A DNA stretch of 64,000 nucleotides from a virus. Below are positions 21,224 to 31,502 of the stretch, one piece after another; positions within the stretch are counted from its first letter, which is position 1; the number at the start of each line of letters is the position of its first letter. The DNA lies in the IMG/VR virus record IMGVR_UViG_3300024348_000008. One strand, given 5' to 3'. The translations under genes were made by a program, and so were the position numbers. Below the pieces are notes generated by a model. That model was given only the letters and a program-made list of their open reading frames with translations. It was not told the origin of the DNA and made no database searches.

Positions 21224-22413
21224 TGTCATATTATACCGCAGCAATGAACGTGGGAACAGCAGCTTCACAGAGTGTTGGTGAAACAGGTTTTACTACAATA
21301 ACACAAAATGTTACTGGTACTAATAATCAAAAAATCTTAGTGATATGGAGAACAGCAATACACGATGGAGGATCTGGAGGAAATCTTTATTCTTTTGCAG
21401 CAAGTGATAAAACTAATTGTAGTACAGGACAAATTAGATCTGTTTATAATGGTGCAGACCGACATTGGTTTTGTTGGGTTACTATTACTGGTTCTGGTTC
21501 CTATTCTGTAACGTTTAATGAAATAACGTATGCAATATTTGGATGGGAAACTATATATTATAATAATAGACAAAAATTAGTGGGCACCACTGCACCTGAT
21601 ATAGGTACTCCAGATATAAGTGCCACAGAAATTTTATCGGTTCATAATGAAGGAAATACTCCTTCTGGAGGTATTAAATTTAGTGATTTATATAAAGGTG
21701 GTTCATATGTGCCCAATAATAGTGTAAATGCTAATATTCCTACAAGTGGTTCTATAAGTTATGGTGATTTTGTTAATACTAATAAAACGTGTGCTAATCG
21801 CGGTGATGGTAGTGATACATTAGAAAATATTGTAATAACTGCAGGAATAGCCGGTAGTACTACTTCTAGCGGTGGAGGTGGCGGAAAAGGTGGAGGTACT
21901 ACTTACACTTTTAATTATAGGATAGGATATGGTGAAGCAAATTCTGGATATGGGGATTCTGGTGATTTAGGATCTATTACTGGTGATGGTAAATATAGAG
22001 GATTAGGACTTGGAAGTTATAGTACAAACCCTGATAGAGAAATTACTGCTGCATTTGTTGGGATCACTGGATCTAGTACAACTAATAATTACGTAACTCA
22101 AGGAACAGAAAATTTTAGGATAAGATTTTCCCAAAGGGCCGATAATGCAACATATGAAGGATTAGGTGGAACACACACTAGTGGAAGTGCTACCGCAAGT
22201 AATAGCGTTGCCAATTGGCAACAATGTTTTTGGTGTAATGTCGATGATAATACGGGACAATATGGTATGCTTGATATAGATGATGCAACTTTAACTAACT
22301 ATGAACATGGAAGTAATAATAATTATTCTGATCTTGTGTGGACACACAGTGGTATAACCCAAATGATTAGCGGAGAAACATACGTTTTGGCATTCCTCGA
22401 TTGGGACGTATAA
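21223..22413 (+). CDS. Putative virion / fibre-tip structural protein
   Basis: G/T/S-rich, with an IPTSGSISYGDF motif and a GGGGGKGGG linker. Confidence 0.55.
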   Translation: MSYYTAAMNVGTAASQSVGETGFTTITQNVTGTNNQKILVIWRTAIHDGGSGGNLYSFAASDKTNCSTGQIRSVYNGADRHWFCWVTITGSGSYSVTFNEITYAIFGWETIYYNNRQKLVGTTAPDIGTPDISATEILSVHNEGNTPSGGIKFSDLYKGGSYVPNNSVNANIPTSGSISYGDFVNTNKTCANRGDGSDTLENIVITAGIAGSTTSSGGGGGKGGGTTYTFNYRIGYGEANSGYGDSGDLGSITGDGKYRGLGLGSYSTNPDREITAAFVGITGSSTTNNYVTQGTENFRIRFSQRADNATYEGLGGTHTSGSATASNSVANWQQCFWCNVDDNTGQYGMLDIDDATLTNYEHGSNNNYSDLVWTHSGITQMISGETYVLAFLDWDV

Positions 22414-22416
22414 ATA
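22409..22416 (+). promoter_or_regulatory. Late promoter for the neck operon
   Basis: TATAAATA upstream of gp13. Confidence 0.7.
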
Positions 22417-22435
22417 AAGATATAGAGAGAACAAT

Positions 22436-23410
22436 ATGGCTAAACCAAATTCAAGAGCGACACTTATAGCTTACTGCAAAAGAGCATTAGGTCATCCAGT
22501 GATCGAAATTAATGTTGATGACGATCAGGTTGATGATAGAATCGATGAAGCATTTCAATTTTATAACACGTATCATAGCGATGCAGTAGAAAGAGTATTT
22601 CTTAAGCACTTAGTAACAGCATCGTATTTAACATTATCTGCCTCAGTCGCGGGTAATTTTACCGTAGGTGAAACAATTACAGGAAGCTCATCTGAAGCAA
22701 CTGCAGTTGTAATTGCAGGTTCTGCAGGAGTTAAATTATATTATCCGTATATAACACACGCAACCGTTACTACATTTACAGTAGGTGAAACAGTAACTGG
22801 TGGAGCTTCTGGAACAACCGGTGTTATAAGTTCAATCACTCTAGGTGACATAGAAAAGGGATATTTAGATGTTCCTGATCTTGTTACAAATGTAACTCGT
22901 ATATTCCCTATTAGCGATACTACTACAACTGCTTCATTGTTTGATATTAAATATCAATTACATTTAAATGATATATATTCGTTAGGTTATTTAGGAAGTT
23001 TAGTTAATTATGAAATATCACAACAGTGGTTATCAATGGTAGATCTTATTATTGATAGCGATGATCATCATTATGATTTTAATAGACATCGTAATACGAT
23101 TAGAATCGATATGGATTGGGAAAAAGAAGCAGTTGCAGGACAGACATATTTAATATTAGATTGTCAAAGAATATTAGATCCTGCATCATATACAGATATA
23201 TATGATGATTATTTCTTAAAACAATATGCAACACAATTAATTAAACGACAATGGGGTGCAAATCTTATTAAATTTGAGGGTATGGTAATGCCTGGTGGAG
23301 TTACCTTTAATGGTAGACAATTATTTGATGATGCAAACGAGGCATTAATACAATTAGAAGAACAAGCACGACTCAATTGGGAAGATCCAATTGATTTCAT
23401 GGTGGGGTAA
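22436..23410 (+). CDS. gp13: Neck protein gp13
   Basis: YCKRALGHPVIEINVDDDQVDDRIDEA, KRQWGANLIKF and MPGGVTFNG. Confidence 0.92.
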   Translation: MAKPNSRATLIAYCKRALGHPVIEINVDDDQVDDRIDEAFQFYNTYHSDAVERVFLKHLVTASYLTLSASVAGNFTVGETITGSSSEATAVVIAGSAGVKLYYPYITHATVTTFTVGETVTGGASGTTGVISSITLGDIEKGYLDVPDLVTNVTRIFPISDTTTTASLFDIKYQLHLNDIYSLGYLGSLVNYEISQQWLSMVDLIIDSDDHHYDFNRHRNTIRIDMDWEKEAVAGQTYLILDCQRILDPASYTDIYDDYFLKQYATQLIKRQWGANLIKFEGMVMPGGVTFNGRQLFDDANEALIQLEEQARLNWEDPIDFMVG

Positions 23411-23415
23411 AATAA

Positions 23416-24354
23416 GTGGCAAGATCTGTTTACTTTTCTCAGGCAGTTAAGTCAGAGCAAAATTTATACGAAGACTTGGTTATTGAATCTTTAAAGATTT
23501 ATGGCCAAGATGTATATTATATGCCTAGAACAATGGTAAGTAGAGATTTTGTTTTAGGTGAAGATAGGGCATCGAAATTTAATGATGCTTATATGATAGA
23601 AGCGTATATAGAAAGTTCTGATGGATTTGAAGGAGCAGGAGATTTATATTCTAAGTTTGGTTTAGAAATTAGAGATGAAGCCACCTTTGTTATCTCACGT
23701 AGACAGTGGGAAAAATATATAGGGTTTTGGAATACTGCTGATATAGTAAGTCCTAAACCTTTAGAAGGTGATATTTTATTTCTTCCTATGACAAATAAAT
23801 TCTTCGAAATTACTTTCGTAGAACATGAACAACCATTTTATCAATTATCTAACTTACCCGTTTATAAACTTCAGTGTTCATTATATGAATATAATGACGA
23901 AGATTTTGAAACTGGTATCGAATCTATTGATGTTGCTCAAGTTACAAGTTCATATCAAGTTACTTTAGATTATAATTGTACTGCTAATGAACATCCAGAA
24001 GCAAGTGAAATTATAACTCAAATATTAACAACATCTCCTAACACTTCAGTGTTTGGTGAAATACAAACAATTACTAAACTATCTCCAACAACGGGTAGAC
24101 TTGGAGTATCTAATATTGGTGTATCTGGTATTGCTGAAGCAAGAGATTTTGTTGTTTCATCTACATTAACTGCTGTTGGTGGAACAAGCGCAAATACAAT
24201 TACAATAACTAAGGTTTACGATATAGGCGATAATAGCATATATGTAGATCCAACTGACGATCAATCGGGTAATTTAACCTTTGAAGTTGAAGCCGATGGT
24301 TTCTTAGACTTCACTGAATCTAATCCGTTTGGCGATGCATCGGAAAATTACTAA
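23416..24354 (+). CDS. gp14: Neck protein gp14
   Basis: EQNLYEDLVIESLKIYGQDVYY, FGLEIRDEATF, DFTESNPFG. Confidence 0.92.
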   Translation: MARSVYFSQAVKSEQNLYEDLVIESLKIYGQDVYYMPRTMVSRDFVLGEDRASKFNDAYMIEAYIESSDGFEGAGDLYSKFGLEIRDEATFVISRRQWEKYIGFWNTADIVSPKPLEGDILFLPMTNKFFEITFVEHEQPFYQLSNLPVYKLQCSLYEYNDEDFETGIESIDVAQVTSSYQVTLDYNCTANEHPEASEIITQILTTSPNTSVFGEIQTITKLSPTTGRLGVSNIGVSGIAEARDFVVSSTLTAVGGTSANTITITKVYDIGDNSIYVDPTDDQSGNLTFEVEADGFLDFTESNPFGDASENY

Positions 24355-25373
24355 TGTTTGGAACTCATTTTTATCATTCAACCTTAAGAAAATCCGTAGC
24401 AGTTTTTGGTACGATGTTTAATAATATTAGTGTTATTAGATTAGACGGTTCTGGAGGAGTATTAAATCAAATTAAAGTTCCTCTTTCTTATGGACCTAAA
24501 CAAAAATTCTTATCTAGAATAGACGCTAGTACTGGTTCAGATGCAAGTATGGCTTTAAAACTACCTAGAATGTCATTTGAAATTACAAGTTTAGAACAAG
24601 ATAATACTTCTAAATTAAATAAAATGGCAGTTATTTCAGAAAAACATGCAACAGATTCTTATAAGAAAAAGGTAGTTAAGCATATGTCGCCATATAATAT
24701 TGGTATGCAGCTTACTATTATGGCAAAAAACCAAGATGATGGTTTACAAATTTTAGAACAAATACTTCCATATTTTCAACCTGAATATACCGTTTCTATT
24801 AAACCTATTAATGGTTGGTCATATAAACAAGATGTTCCTATTATTTTAAATAGTACTGCAATAGAAGATGATTATGAAGGTGATTTTGCAACTCGAAGAG
24901 TTCTTATGTATACATTAGATTTTACATTAAAAATGAGATTCTTTGGACCTACTGCAAATACTGCTATAATTAAAGAAATAGATATAGATTACTTTAATAA
25001 AGCTAATACCGACGAAAAATTTTATGGTGTTGATTTAGGACTTAATCCTCTTACGGCTGATCCTGAAGATACACTTATATCTTCTGGAACTCCAGGAGCA
25101 AATGAATATAAAATAACTACCGCATATGATCCTATAGGTGTTCCAGAATCATTCGCAATATATGGTACTGTGTTAAGTGGTACGTTTGTTTCTGGCGAAA
25201 CTATTACTTCTTCGATTTCAAATAATACAATGGAAGTGAGTAATACTGCATATACAACTAATCCTGATACTGGAACAATTACAGTTGCACAACCAACAGG
25301 TTGGTTAAATATAGGTGAAGTTTTGACTGGTTCAACGTCTGGTGCTACAATAACTGTTGCATCATACACATAA
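24354..25373 (+). CDS. gp15: Tail sheath stabiliser / terminator gp15
   Basis: FGTHFYH, VPLSYGPKQKF, LPRMSFE, QILEQILPYFQP. Confidence 0.92.
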   Translation: MFGTHFYHSTLRKSVAVFGTMFNNISVIRLDGSGGVLNQIKVPLSYGPKQKFLSRIDASTGSDASMALKLPRMSFEITSLEQDNTSKLNKMAVISEKHATDSYKKKVVKHMSPYNIGMQLTIMAKNQDDGLQILEQILPYFQPEYTVSIKPINGWSYKQDVPIILNSTAIEDDYEGDFATRRVLMYTLDFTLKMRFFGPTANTAIIKEIDIDYFNKANTDEKFYGVDLGLNPLTADPEDTLISSGTPGANEYKITTAYDPIGVPESFAIYGTVLSGTFVSGETITSSISNNTMEVSNTAYTTNPDTGTITVAQPTGWLNIGEVLTGSTSGATITVASYT

Positions 25374-25386
25374 GATTGGTAATATT

Positions 25387-25803
25387 ATGAATAAAAGAAA
25401 GAAATTAGAAGATAGTCTCGCAAAAAATCTACCACAAAAAGATAGAATTTTAACAACAGACGATATCGATAATAAAGACATAAAAGACGATTATGAATTC
25501 TCACGGGCAACTTATAGAGATTTAATACACAATGGTACAAGATCATTAGATGTTATGTCAGAATTAGCCAGAGAGTCTGAGCATCCTAGAGCTTTCGAAG
25601 TACTTAGCAATTCCATTAAGAATATTGCTGATGTCACGGATAAACTTATGGCTTTACAAACAACAAAGAAAAAATTAAATAAAGAACGTTTAGATGCAAA
25701 TAAGCGTATTACTAATAATAATGTTTTTGTCGGAAGTACTACTGATTTGCAAAAAATGTTAAATTCAAAAAATGAAAATATAATAGAACATGGCGAAGAT
25801 TAA
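25387..25803 (+). CDS. gp16: Terminase small subunit gp16
   Basis: DYEFSRATY, ESEHPRAFEV, NNNVFVGSTTDLQKML; position before gp17. Start set at ATG 25387. Confidence 0.9.
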   Translation: MNKRKKLEDSLAKNLPQKDRILTTDDIDNKDIKDDYEFSRATYRDLIHNGTRSLDVMSELARESEHPRAFEVLSNSIKNIADVTDKLMALQTTKKKLNKERLDANKRITNNNVFVGSTTDLQKMLNSKNENIIEHGED

Positions 25804-27403
25804 AAATAACGAATTTGGTTATTTAGGTAATGTTAATGTAAAGCGAGATGGCCTTGAAGAAGGTTTTACTGCGGAACAAGTTCGAGAATACAAAAAGTGC
25901 ATGGATAATCCTGCATATTTTGCAAAAACTTATGTAAAAATTATATCTCTTGATGAAGGTTTAGTTCCATTTGATTTATATCCATACCAAGAAGAAATGT
26001 TTAATCATTTTAATGCTAATCGTTTCAGTATATGTTTAGCATGTCGACAAAGCGGTAAATCAATATCTAGTGTAGTATATCTTTTATGGTATGCTCTATT
26101 TCATTCTGAAAAAACTATTGCAATCTTGGCAAACAAGGGTGTAGTTGCAAGAGAAATGTTAGCTCGTGTTACTTTAGCATTAGAAAATATTCCATTCTTT
26201 TTGCAACCAGGCACAAAGGCACTCAATAAAGGCTCAATAGAATTTTCAAATAACTCACGAATTATTGCAACTGCAACATCTGCTTCTTCAATTAGGGGTT
26301 TATCTGTTAATTTATTGTTTCTTGATGAGTTTGCTTTTGTAGAAAATGATGCAGAATTCTATACTTCAACATATCCTGTTATTTCATCAGGTAGTGACAC
26401 TAAAATAATTGTTACTTCTACTGCAAATGGTGTTGGTAATGTATATCACAAATTATGGGAAGGTGCAGTTTCAAAAGAAAATGAATTTAAAGCGTTTAGA
26501 GTTGATTGGTGGGATGTTCCGGGTAGAGATGAAACTTGGAAAGCATTAACAATTGCTAATACTTCAGAATTACAGTTCGATCAAGAATTTGGTAATACCT
26601 TCCTAGGCCGGGGCGGGACTCTAATAGATGCAAATTCTTTGCTTGCACAAAAGATGCATGAACCGGTTATGGTAAAAGAAAACGTATATATTTATGAAAT
26701 GCCTTTGCAAGATCATGAATATGTAATGTGTGTTGATGTGGCCAGAGGTAGAGGACAAGATTATTCAACTTTTACTATTATTGATATTAGTACAAATCCA
26801 TTTCAACAAGTTGCGGTCTTTAGAGATAATATTATATCGCCTATATTATATCCAGATCTAATTTATAAATACGCATATTTGTTTAATAAAGCTTATGTGA
26901 TTATAGAATCTAATGATGCTGGTCAATTGGTATGTAATGGATTATATTATGATTTAGAATATGAAAATATGTTTGTAGAATCGACTGTTAAACGAGGAGC
27001 AATTGGTGCTACTATGACTCGTAGAGTTAAGCGTATTGGTTGTTCTAATATAAAAGATTTAATAGAACAAAGAAAAATAAACATTGTAGATGCAAACACA
27101 ATAGTAGAAATGAGTACATTTGTTGCAAAAGGTCAATCTTTTGAAGCTTCACTTAGTAATCATGATGATTTAATGATGAATCTAGTATTATTTGGTTGGT
27201 TTACAACAACTGACATCTTTTTGGGTATGACAGATATAGAAATGAAGAAGATGTTATATAACGAACAACTCAAAGCTATTCAGGATGATGTAATTCCGTT
27301 TGGTTTTGTTAACGATGATCCAGAAAAACCTAAGTATGAAGTAGACGAAGATGGTCAAGTATGGTTCGAAACACCTAATGGAAGACATGACGGTGTTTTC
27401 TAG
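25790..27403 (+). CDS. gp17: Terminase large subunit gp17
   Basis: Walker A RQSGKS, LLFLDEFAF, DVARGRGQDYS, HDDLMM. Confidence 0.96.
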   Translation: MAKIKNNEFGYLGNVNVKRDGLEEGFTAEQVREYKKCMDNPAYFAKTYVKIISLDEGLVPFDLYPYQEEMFNHFNANRFSICLACRQSGKSISSVVYLLWYALFHSEKTIAILANKGVVAREMLARVTLALENIPFFLQPGTKALNKGSIEFSNNSRIIATATSASSIRGLSVNLLFLDEFAFVENDAEFYTSTYPVISSGSDTKIIVTSTANGVGNVYHKLWEGAVSKENEFKAFRVDWWDVPGRDETWKALTIANTSELQFDQEFGNTFLGRGGTLIDANSLLAQKMHEPVMVKENVYIYEMPLQDHEYVMCVDVARGRGQDYSTFTIIDISTNPFQQVAVFRDNIISPILYPDLIYKYAYLFNKAYVIIESNDAGQLVCNGLYYDLEYENMFVESTVKRGAIGATMTRRVKRIGCSNIKDLIEQRKINIVDANTIVEMSTFVAKGQSFEASLSNHDDLMMNLVLFGWFTTTDIFLGMTDIEMKKMLYNEQLKAIQDDVIPFGFVNDDPEKPKYEVDEDGQVWFETPNGRHDGVF

Positions 27404-27415
27404 AATATTTTATAT

Positions 27416-27423
27416 TATAAATA
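27416..27423 (+). promoter_or_regulatory. Late promoter for gp18
   Basis: TATAAATA in the gp17-gp18 intergenic region. Confidence 0.75.
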
Positions 27424-27500
27424 TAAGTATGAATGTAACCGAAAGGTTAATTAACTTATAATGTGGACTTATAACTAAAACTCATTGAGAGGATAAAGCG

Positions 27501-29201
27501 ATGGCATTTCAAGTATCACCAGGCGTCCAAGTCAAAGAAATTGACGCAACGGGCGTGGTACCAGCAGTCTCTACCAGTATTGGCGGAACTGTAGGTGCAT
27601 TTAACTGGGGTCCGGTAGGCGAAGTAGTTTCAATAAGCTCTGAAAAGAACTTAGCGGAAGTATTCGGAACACCAGACAACAGTACATATAAATACTTTTT
27701 AACTGCTGCCGGATTTCTTAAATACGGTAACAGCCTAAAAGTTGTTCGAACCGATAGCACAAGCATGCGTAATGCTACTGCTGATGGTTCAGGCCTATCC
27801 ATCAAAAATGATTCAGTGTATGATGCTTCATATAGTAGTGGTGCAGCTTCTGTAGGAATTTGGGCAGCCAAATACTCCGGAATTAAAGGAAATAGTCTTA
27901 GAGTAGCTATGTGTACAGAGGGCAGTTTATTTGCCGGTTGGACATATGCTTCAAGCTTTGACTCTGCTCCTGGTACTTCTAACTATGCGACATCATTGGG
28001 TAAAGGCTCCATTGGAGACGAACTACACGTAATCGTTATTGACGAAGATGGCGACATTAGCGGAACTGCTGGAACAGTTCTAGAAACTTTTGCATTCATG
28101 TCACAAGGTTCTGACGCTAAAAAAGAAGATGGCACATCAAACTATTATAAAGACGTAATCAATACTGGTTCTTCTTATATTAGATGGATGGATCATCACA
28201 CAACATTAACCGAAGCGGGTAGTGCAATTAGCACAGTATCATCTATGGCTGGTTTATCAAGTGCTTCTGACATAGAAGTAACTGGTAGATCTCTATCAGG
28301 TGGTGTTGATGATAGTACACCAACCGCAGCAGAAATTGCAACAGCATTCGACTTATTAGAAGATGCTGAAACAGTTGATGTTCAACTTCTATTTGCATAT
28401 CCAGATGCAAATGGAGCAAATACGATATCAAATGATTTGATCTCTATTGCAGCCGCAAGAAAAGATTGTATGTCATTTGTATCTCCACCAATCGACGACA
28501 CAGTTAACGCTACTACTCCAGCAGCTGACGTTAAAGCTTGGGCTGACACGCTCACTTCAAGTTCTTACGCATCTGCCGATTCTGGTGCGATTTATGTTTA
28601 TGACAAATATAATGATGCATATAGATGGATTGGAGCAGCTGGCCATATTGCTGGTCTTTGTGCAGCTACCGATAAAACTGCCGATGCATGGTTTTCACCT
28701 GCAGGAGCAACAAGAGGTCAACTGTTTGGTGTAATTAAATTGGCATTTAATCCTGTTAAAGCCGATAGAGATACTCTCTATAAAGCGCGGGTTAATCCAG
28801 TTGTCTCATTCCCAGGAGAAGGAACACTTCTCTTTGGTGATAAAACTTTGCTTTCTAAGCCTTCAGCTTTCGATCGTATTAACGTACGTAGATTGTTTAA
28901 TACTTTAGAAAAAGCAATTTCAACTGCTGCTAGAGCGCAGCTTTTCGAATTCAATGATGAATTTACAAGAGCGCAATTTAGAAACTTAGTTGAACCGTTT
29001 TTAAGAGACGTAAAAGGTCGTAGAGGAATAACTGATTTTTCAGTTGTTTGCGATACAACCAATAACACGGGTCAAGTCATTGATACTAATAATTTTGTAG
29101 CTGATATTTATATTAAACCTGCAAGATCTATTAACTTCATAACTTTGAACTTTATTGCAACTAGAACCGGTGTAGATTTCTCTGAAATCTCAGGTTCTTA
29201 A
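27501..29201 (+). CDS. gp18: Tail sheath protein gp18
   Basis: MAFQVSPGVQVKEID, WFSPAG, FDRINVRRLF, YIKPARSINFI. Confidence 0.96.
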   Translation: MAFQVSPGVQVKEIDATGVVPAVSTSIGGTVGAFNWGPVGEVVSISSEKNLAEVFGTPDNSTYKYFLTAAGFLKYGNSLKVVRTDSTSMRNATADGSGLSIKNDSVYDASYSSGAASVGIWAAKYSGIKGNSLRVAMCTEGSLFAGWTYASSFDSAPGTSNYATSLGKGSIGDELHVIVIDEDGDISGTAGTVLETFAFMSQGSDAKKEDGTSNYYKDVINTGSSYIRWMDHHTTLTEAGSAISTVSSMAGLSSASDIEVTGRSLSGGVDDSTPTAAEIATAFDLLEDAETVDVQLLFAYPDANGANTISNDLISIAAARKDCMSFVSPPIDDTVNATTPAADVKAWADTLTSSSYASADSGAIYVYDKYNDAYRWIGAAGHIAGLCAATDKTADAWFSPAGATRGQLFGVIKLAFNPVKADRDTLYKARVNPVVSFPGEGTLLFGDKTLLSKPSAFDRINVRRLFNTLEKAISTAARAQLFEFNDEFTRAQFRNLVEPFLRDVKGRRGITDFSVVCDTTNNTGQVIDTNNFVADIYIKPARSINFITLNFIATRTGVDFSEISGS

Positions 29202-29216
29202 TAGGAGGACAGTATA

Positions 29217-29744
29217 ATGGCAATCTTAGGAGTAGATGATTTTAAATCTAAACTTACTGGTGGCGGTGCACGTCCTAATATGTTCAAAGCGACTGTTAAC
29301 TTCCCGAGCTATGCTCAGGGTGATGTTGAGTTAACTTCCTTTATGTGTAAGCAAATTTCAATTCCTGCATCTACTATAGGTGCTGTTGAAGTTGCTTTCC
29401 GCGGAAGAAAATTTAGTATTGCTGGTGATAGAATATTCGAAAATGTCGGATTAACTATCATTAATGATGTTGACTTTGCTGTTAGGAACGCGTTCGAACG
29501 ATGGATGAACGGAATTAATGGACATGAAAGTAATACTGGCATAGCCAATGTTACTGATTATTCAGCCGATATAATCATCGAACAACTTGATAAAAGTGGC
29601 GCAACAGTAAAAACTTATAATATGAGAGGGTGTTGGCCTGTTTCAGTAGCAGCAATTGAACTTAACTATGATTCTTCAGATGAAATTGAAGAATTTGCAG
29701 TTGATTTAGTTTGTAGCTATTGGGAATCTGACACAACTAGCTAA
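29217..29744 (+). CDS. gp19: Tail tube protein gp19
   Basis: GGGARPNMF, FRGRKFSIAGDR, IEEFAV. Confidence 0.94.
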   Translation: MAILGVDDFKSKLTGGGARPNMFKATVNFPSYAQGDVELTSFMCKQISIPASTIGAVEVAFRGRKFSIAGDRIFENVGLTIINDVDFAVRNAFERWMNGINGHESNTGIANVTDYSADIIIEQLDKSGATVKTYNMRGCWPVSVAAIELNYDSSDEIEEFAVDLVCSYWESDTTS

Positions 29745-29754
29745 AAATAAGTTG

Positions 29755-29762
29755 TATAAATA
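29755..29762 (+). promoter_or_regulatory. Late promoter for gp20, followed by hairpin GAGAGGAC-AATT-GTCCTCTC
   Basis: TATAAATA with a perfect 8-bp stem just after the predicted +1. Confidence 0.7.
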
Positions 29763-29810
29763 ATATTAGAGGAGAGGACAATTGTCCTCTCTGATAATAT
29801 TGGAGTAATT

Positions 29811-31298
29811 ATGGCAGAATTTTTCGGATTCGAAATCAACAGAAAAGGTGGAAAAGGCGGGGAACCGATCTCTTTTGTGCCAGATACCGAACAGGACGGT
29901 GCAGGTGTAATATCTAGCGGTGGACATTTTGGTGCATATGTTGATTTAGACGGTGATAAACAAAAGAATGAACAAGATCTCATTATTAAATATAGAGATG
30001 TAGCTACTCAGCCTGAAACTGATGCGGCTATTGAAGATATTGTAAATGAGGCAATTATTGGTGATGGAGATTCAGCTCCAGTCTTTATAGTATTAGACAA
30101 AGTTGATGCATCAGATAAAATAAAAGATTCTATTAGAAATGAATTTAAAACAGTAATACGTTTACTTGATTTTACTTCATATGGAAATGATATTTTTAGA
30201 AAATGGTATATTGATGGTAGATTACCATATCATGTGATGATAGATGACACAAATCCTAAAGCTGGAATTAAAGAGCTTAGGTATATTGATCCTTTAAAGC
30301 TTAGGAAGGTAAAAGAAATTGAATCTAAAAGAGATCCAAAAACTAATGCCGATGTTATTGTTAAGCAAAAAGAATATTTCTTATTTCAAGATGACAAAAT
30401 AGGACAATCAAATGAAGGTTTAAAAATACATCCAGATGCTATTGTATATGGCACTTCTGGAATGTTAGATCCTTCTCGCAAACGAATTTTATCTTATTTG
30501 CATAAAGCAATTAAGCCTGTGAATCAATTAAGAATGATGGAAGATTCACTTGTAATATACAGAATATCACGTGCACCAGAAAGGCGTATATTCTATATTG
30601 ATGTTGGTAACTTACCTAAAGGTAAAGCAGAAGAATACTTAACCAATATCATGAATAAGTATCGTAACAAAATGGTATATGATGCTAGTACTGGTGCAGT
30701 TAAGGATGATCGTAAACACATGTCGATGTTAGAAGATTTCTTCTTACCGAGACGTGAAGGTGGTCGAGGTACTGAAATTAGTACTCTTCCAGGTGGAGAG
30801 AATCTTGGACAAATTGATGATATTTTATATTTCCAAAAGAAACTATATAGAAGTTTAAATGTACCTATGGCTAGATTAGAACAAGAAGTTCAATTTAGTT
30901 TAGGTAGAAGCACTGAAATCACAAGAGATGAAGTGAAGTTTAAGAAGTTTATTGATAGACTTCGAAAAAGGTTCTCAGATGTCTTTATGCAAGTATTGAA
31001 AACACAGTTATTGCTTAAAGGTATAATTACAAAAGAAGATTGGACTAAGTTTAGACAAGATATTGTTTTTGATTTTATTGAAGATAATTATTTTGCAGAA
31101 CTTAAAGAATCTGAAATGTATAGAGAAAGATTTGAAATGTTAGGAACGTTGGAAGATTACGTTGGAAAGTATGTTTCAGATGAATGGATTAGAAAAAAGA
31201 TCTTAAGACAGTCCGATGTTGAAATAAAAGAGCTAGATAAGCAAATAAATGCTGAAAAAGCTGCTGGGGACGTCGACGATATAGACCTTGACATCTAA
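29811..31298 (+). CDS. gp20: Portal protein gp20
   Basis: IYRISRAPERRIFYIDVGNLPK, LPRREGGRGTEI, EITRDEVKF. Confidence 0.96.
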   Translation: MAEFFGFEINRKGGKGGEPISFVPDTEQDGAGVISSGGHFGAYVDLDGDKQKNEQDLIIKYRDVATQPETDAAIEDIVNEAIIGDGDSAPVFIVLDKVDASDKIKDSIRNEFKTVIRLLDFTSYGNDIFRKWYIDGRLPYHVMIDDTNPKAGIKELRYIDPLKLRKVKEIESKRDPKTNADVIVKQKEYFLFQDDKIGQSNEGLKIHPDAIVYGTSGMLDPSRKRILSYLHKAIKPVNQLRMMEDSLVIYRISRAPERRIFYIDVGNLPKGKAEEYLTNIMNKYRNKMVYDASTGAVKDDRKHMSMLEDFFLPRREGGRGTEISTLPGGENLGQIDDILYFQKKLYRSLNVPMARLEQEVQFSLGRSTEITRDEVKFKKFIDRLRKRFSDVFMQVLKTQLLLKGIITKEDWTKFRQDIVFDFIEDNYFAELKESEMYRERFEMLGTLEDYVGKYVSDEWIRKKILRQSDVEIKELDKQINAEKAAGDVDDIDLDI

Positions 31299-31303
31299 AT
31301 TAT

Positions 31304-31311
31304 TATAAATA
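31304..31311 (+). promoter_or_regulatory. Late promoter
   Basis: TATAAATA upstream of the gp67/gp21 genes. Confidence 0.7.
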
Positions 31312-31330
31312 TATTAAAGGAAAGAAACGA

Positions 31331-31501
31331 ATGAGTAAAATTGAAGAACTTATTGGTAACGTAAAAGATGATGATTTGGTAAAAGCTAAAACAGCTTTCG
31401 ACGGTATTATGACAGCAAAAATAGATGCTGCTATGAATGCTAAGAAAGTTGAGTTGGGCTCTACTGTAATCAATCGCGTTAAAGAAAAACAAGCGGATTA
31501 A
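31331..31501 (+). CDS. gp67: Prohead core protein (gp67-like), 56 aa (not in the ORF track)
   Basis: MSKIEELIGNVKDDDLVKAKTAFDGIMTAKI...; syntenic position between gp20 and gp21. Confidence 0.7.
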   Translation: MSKIEELIGNVKDDDLVKAKTAFDGIMTAKIDAAMNAKKVELGSTVINRVKEKQAD

Positions 31502-31502
31502 A

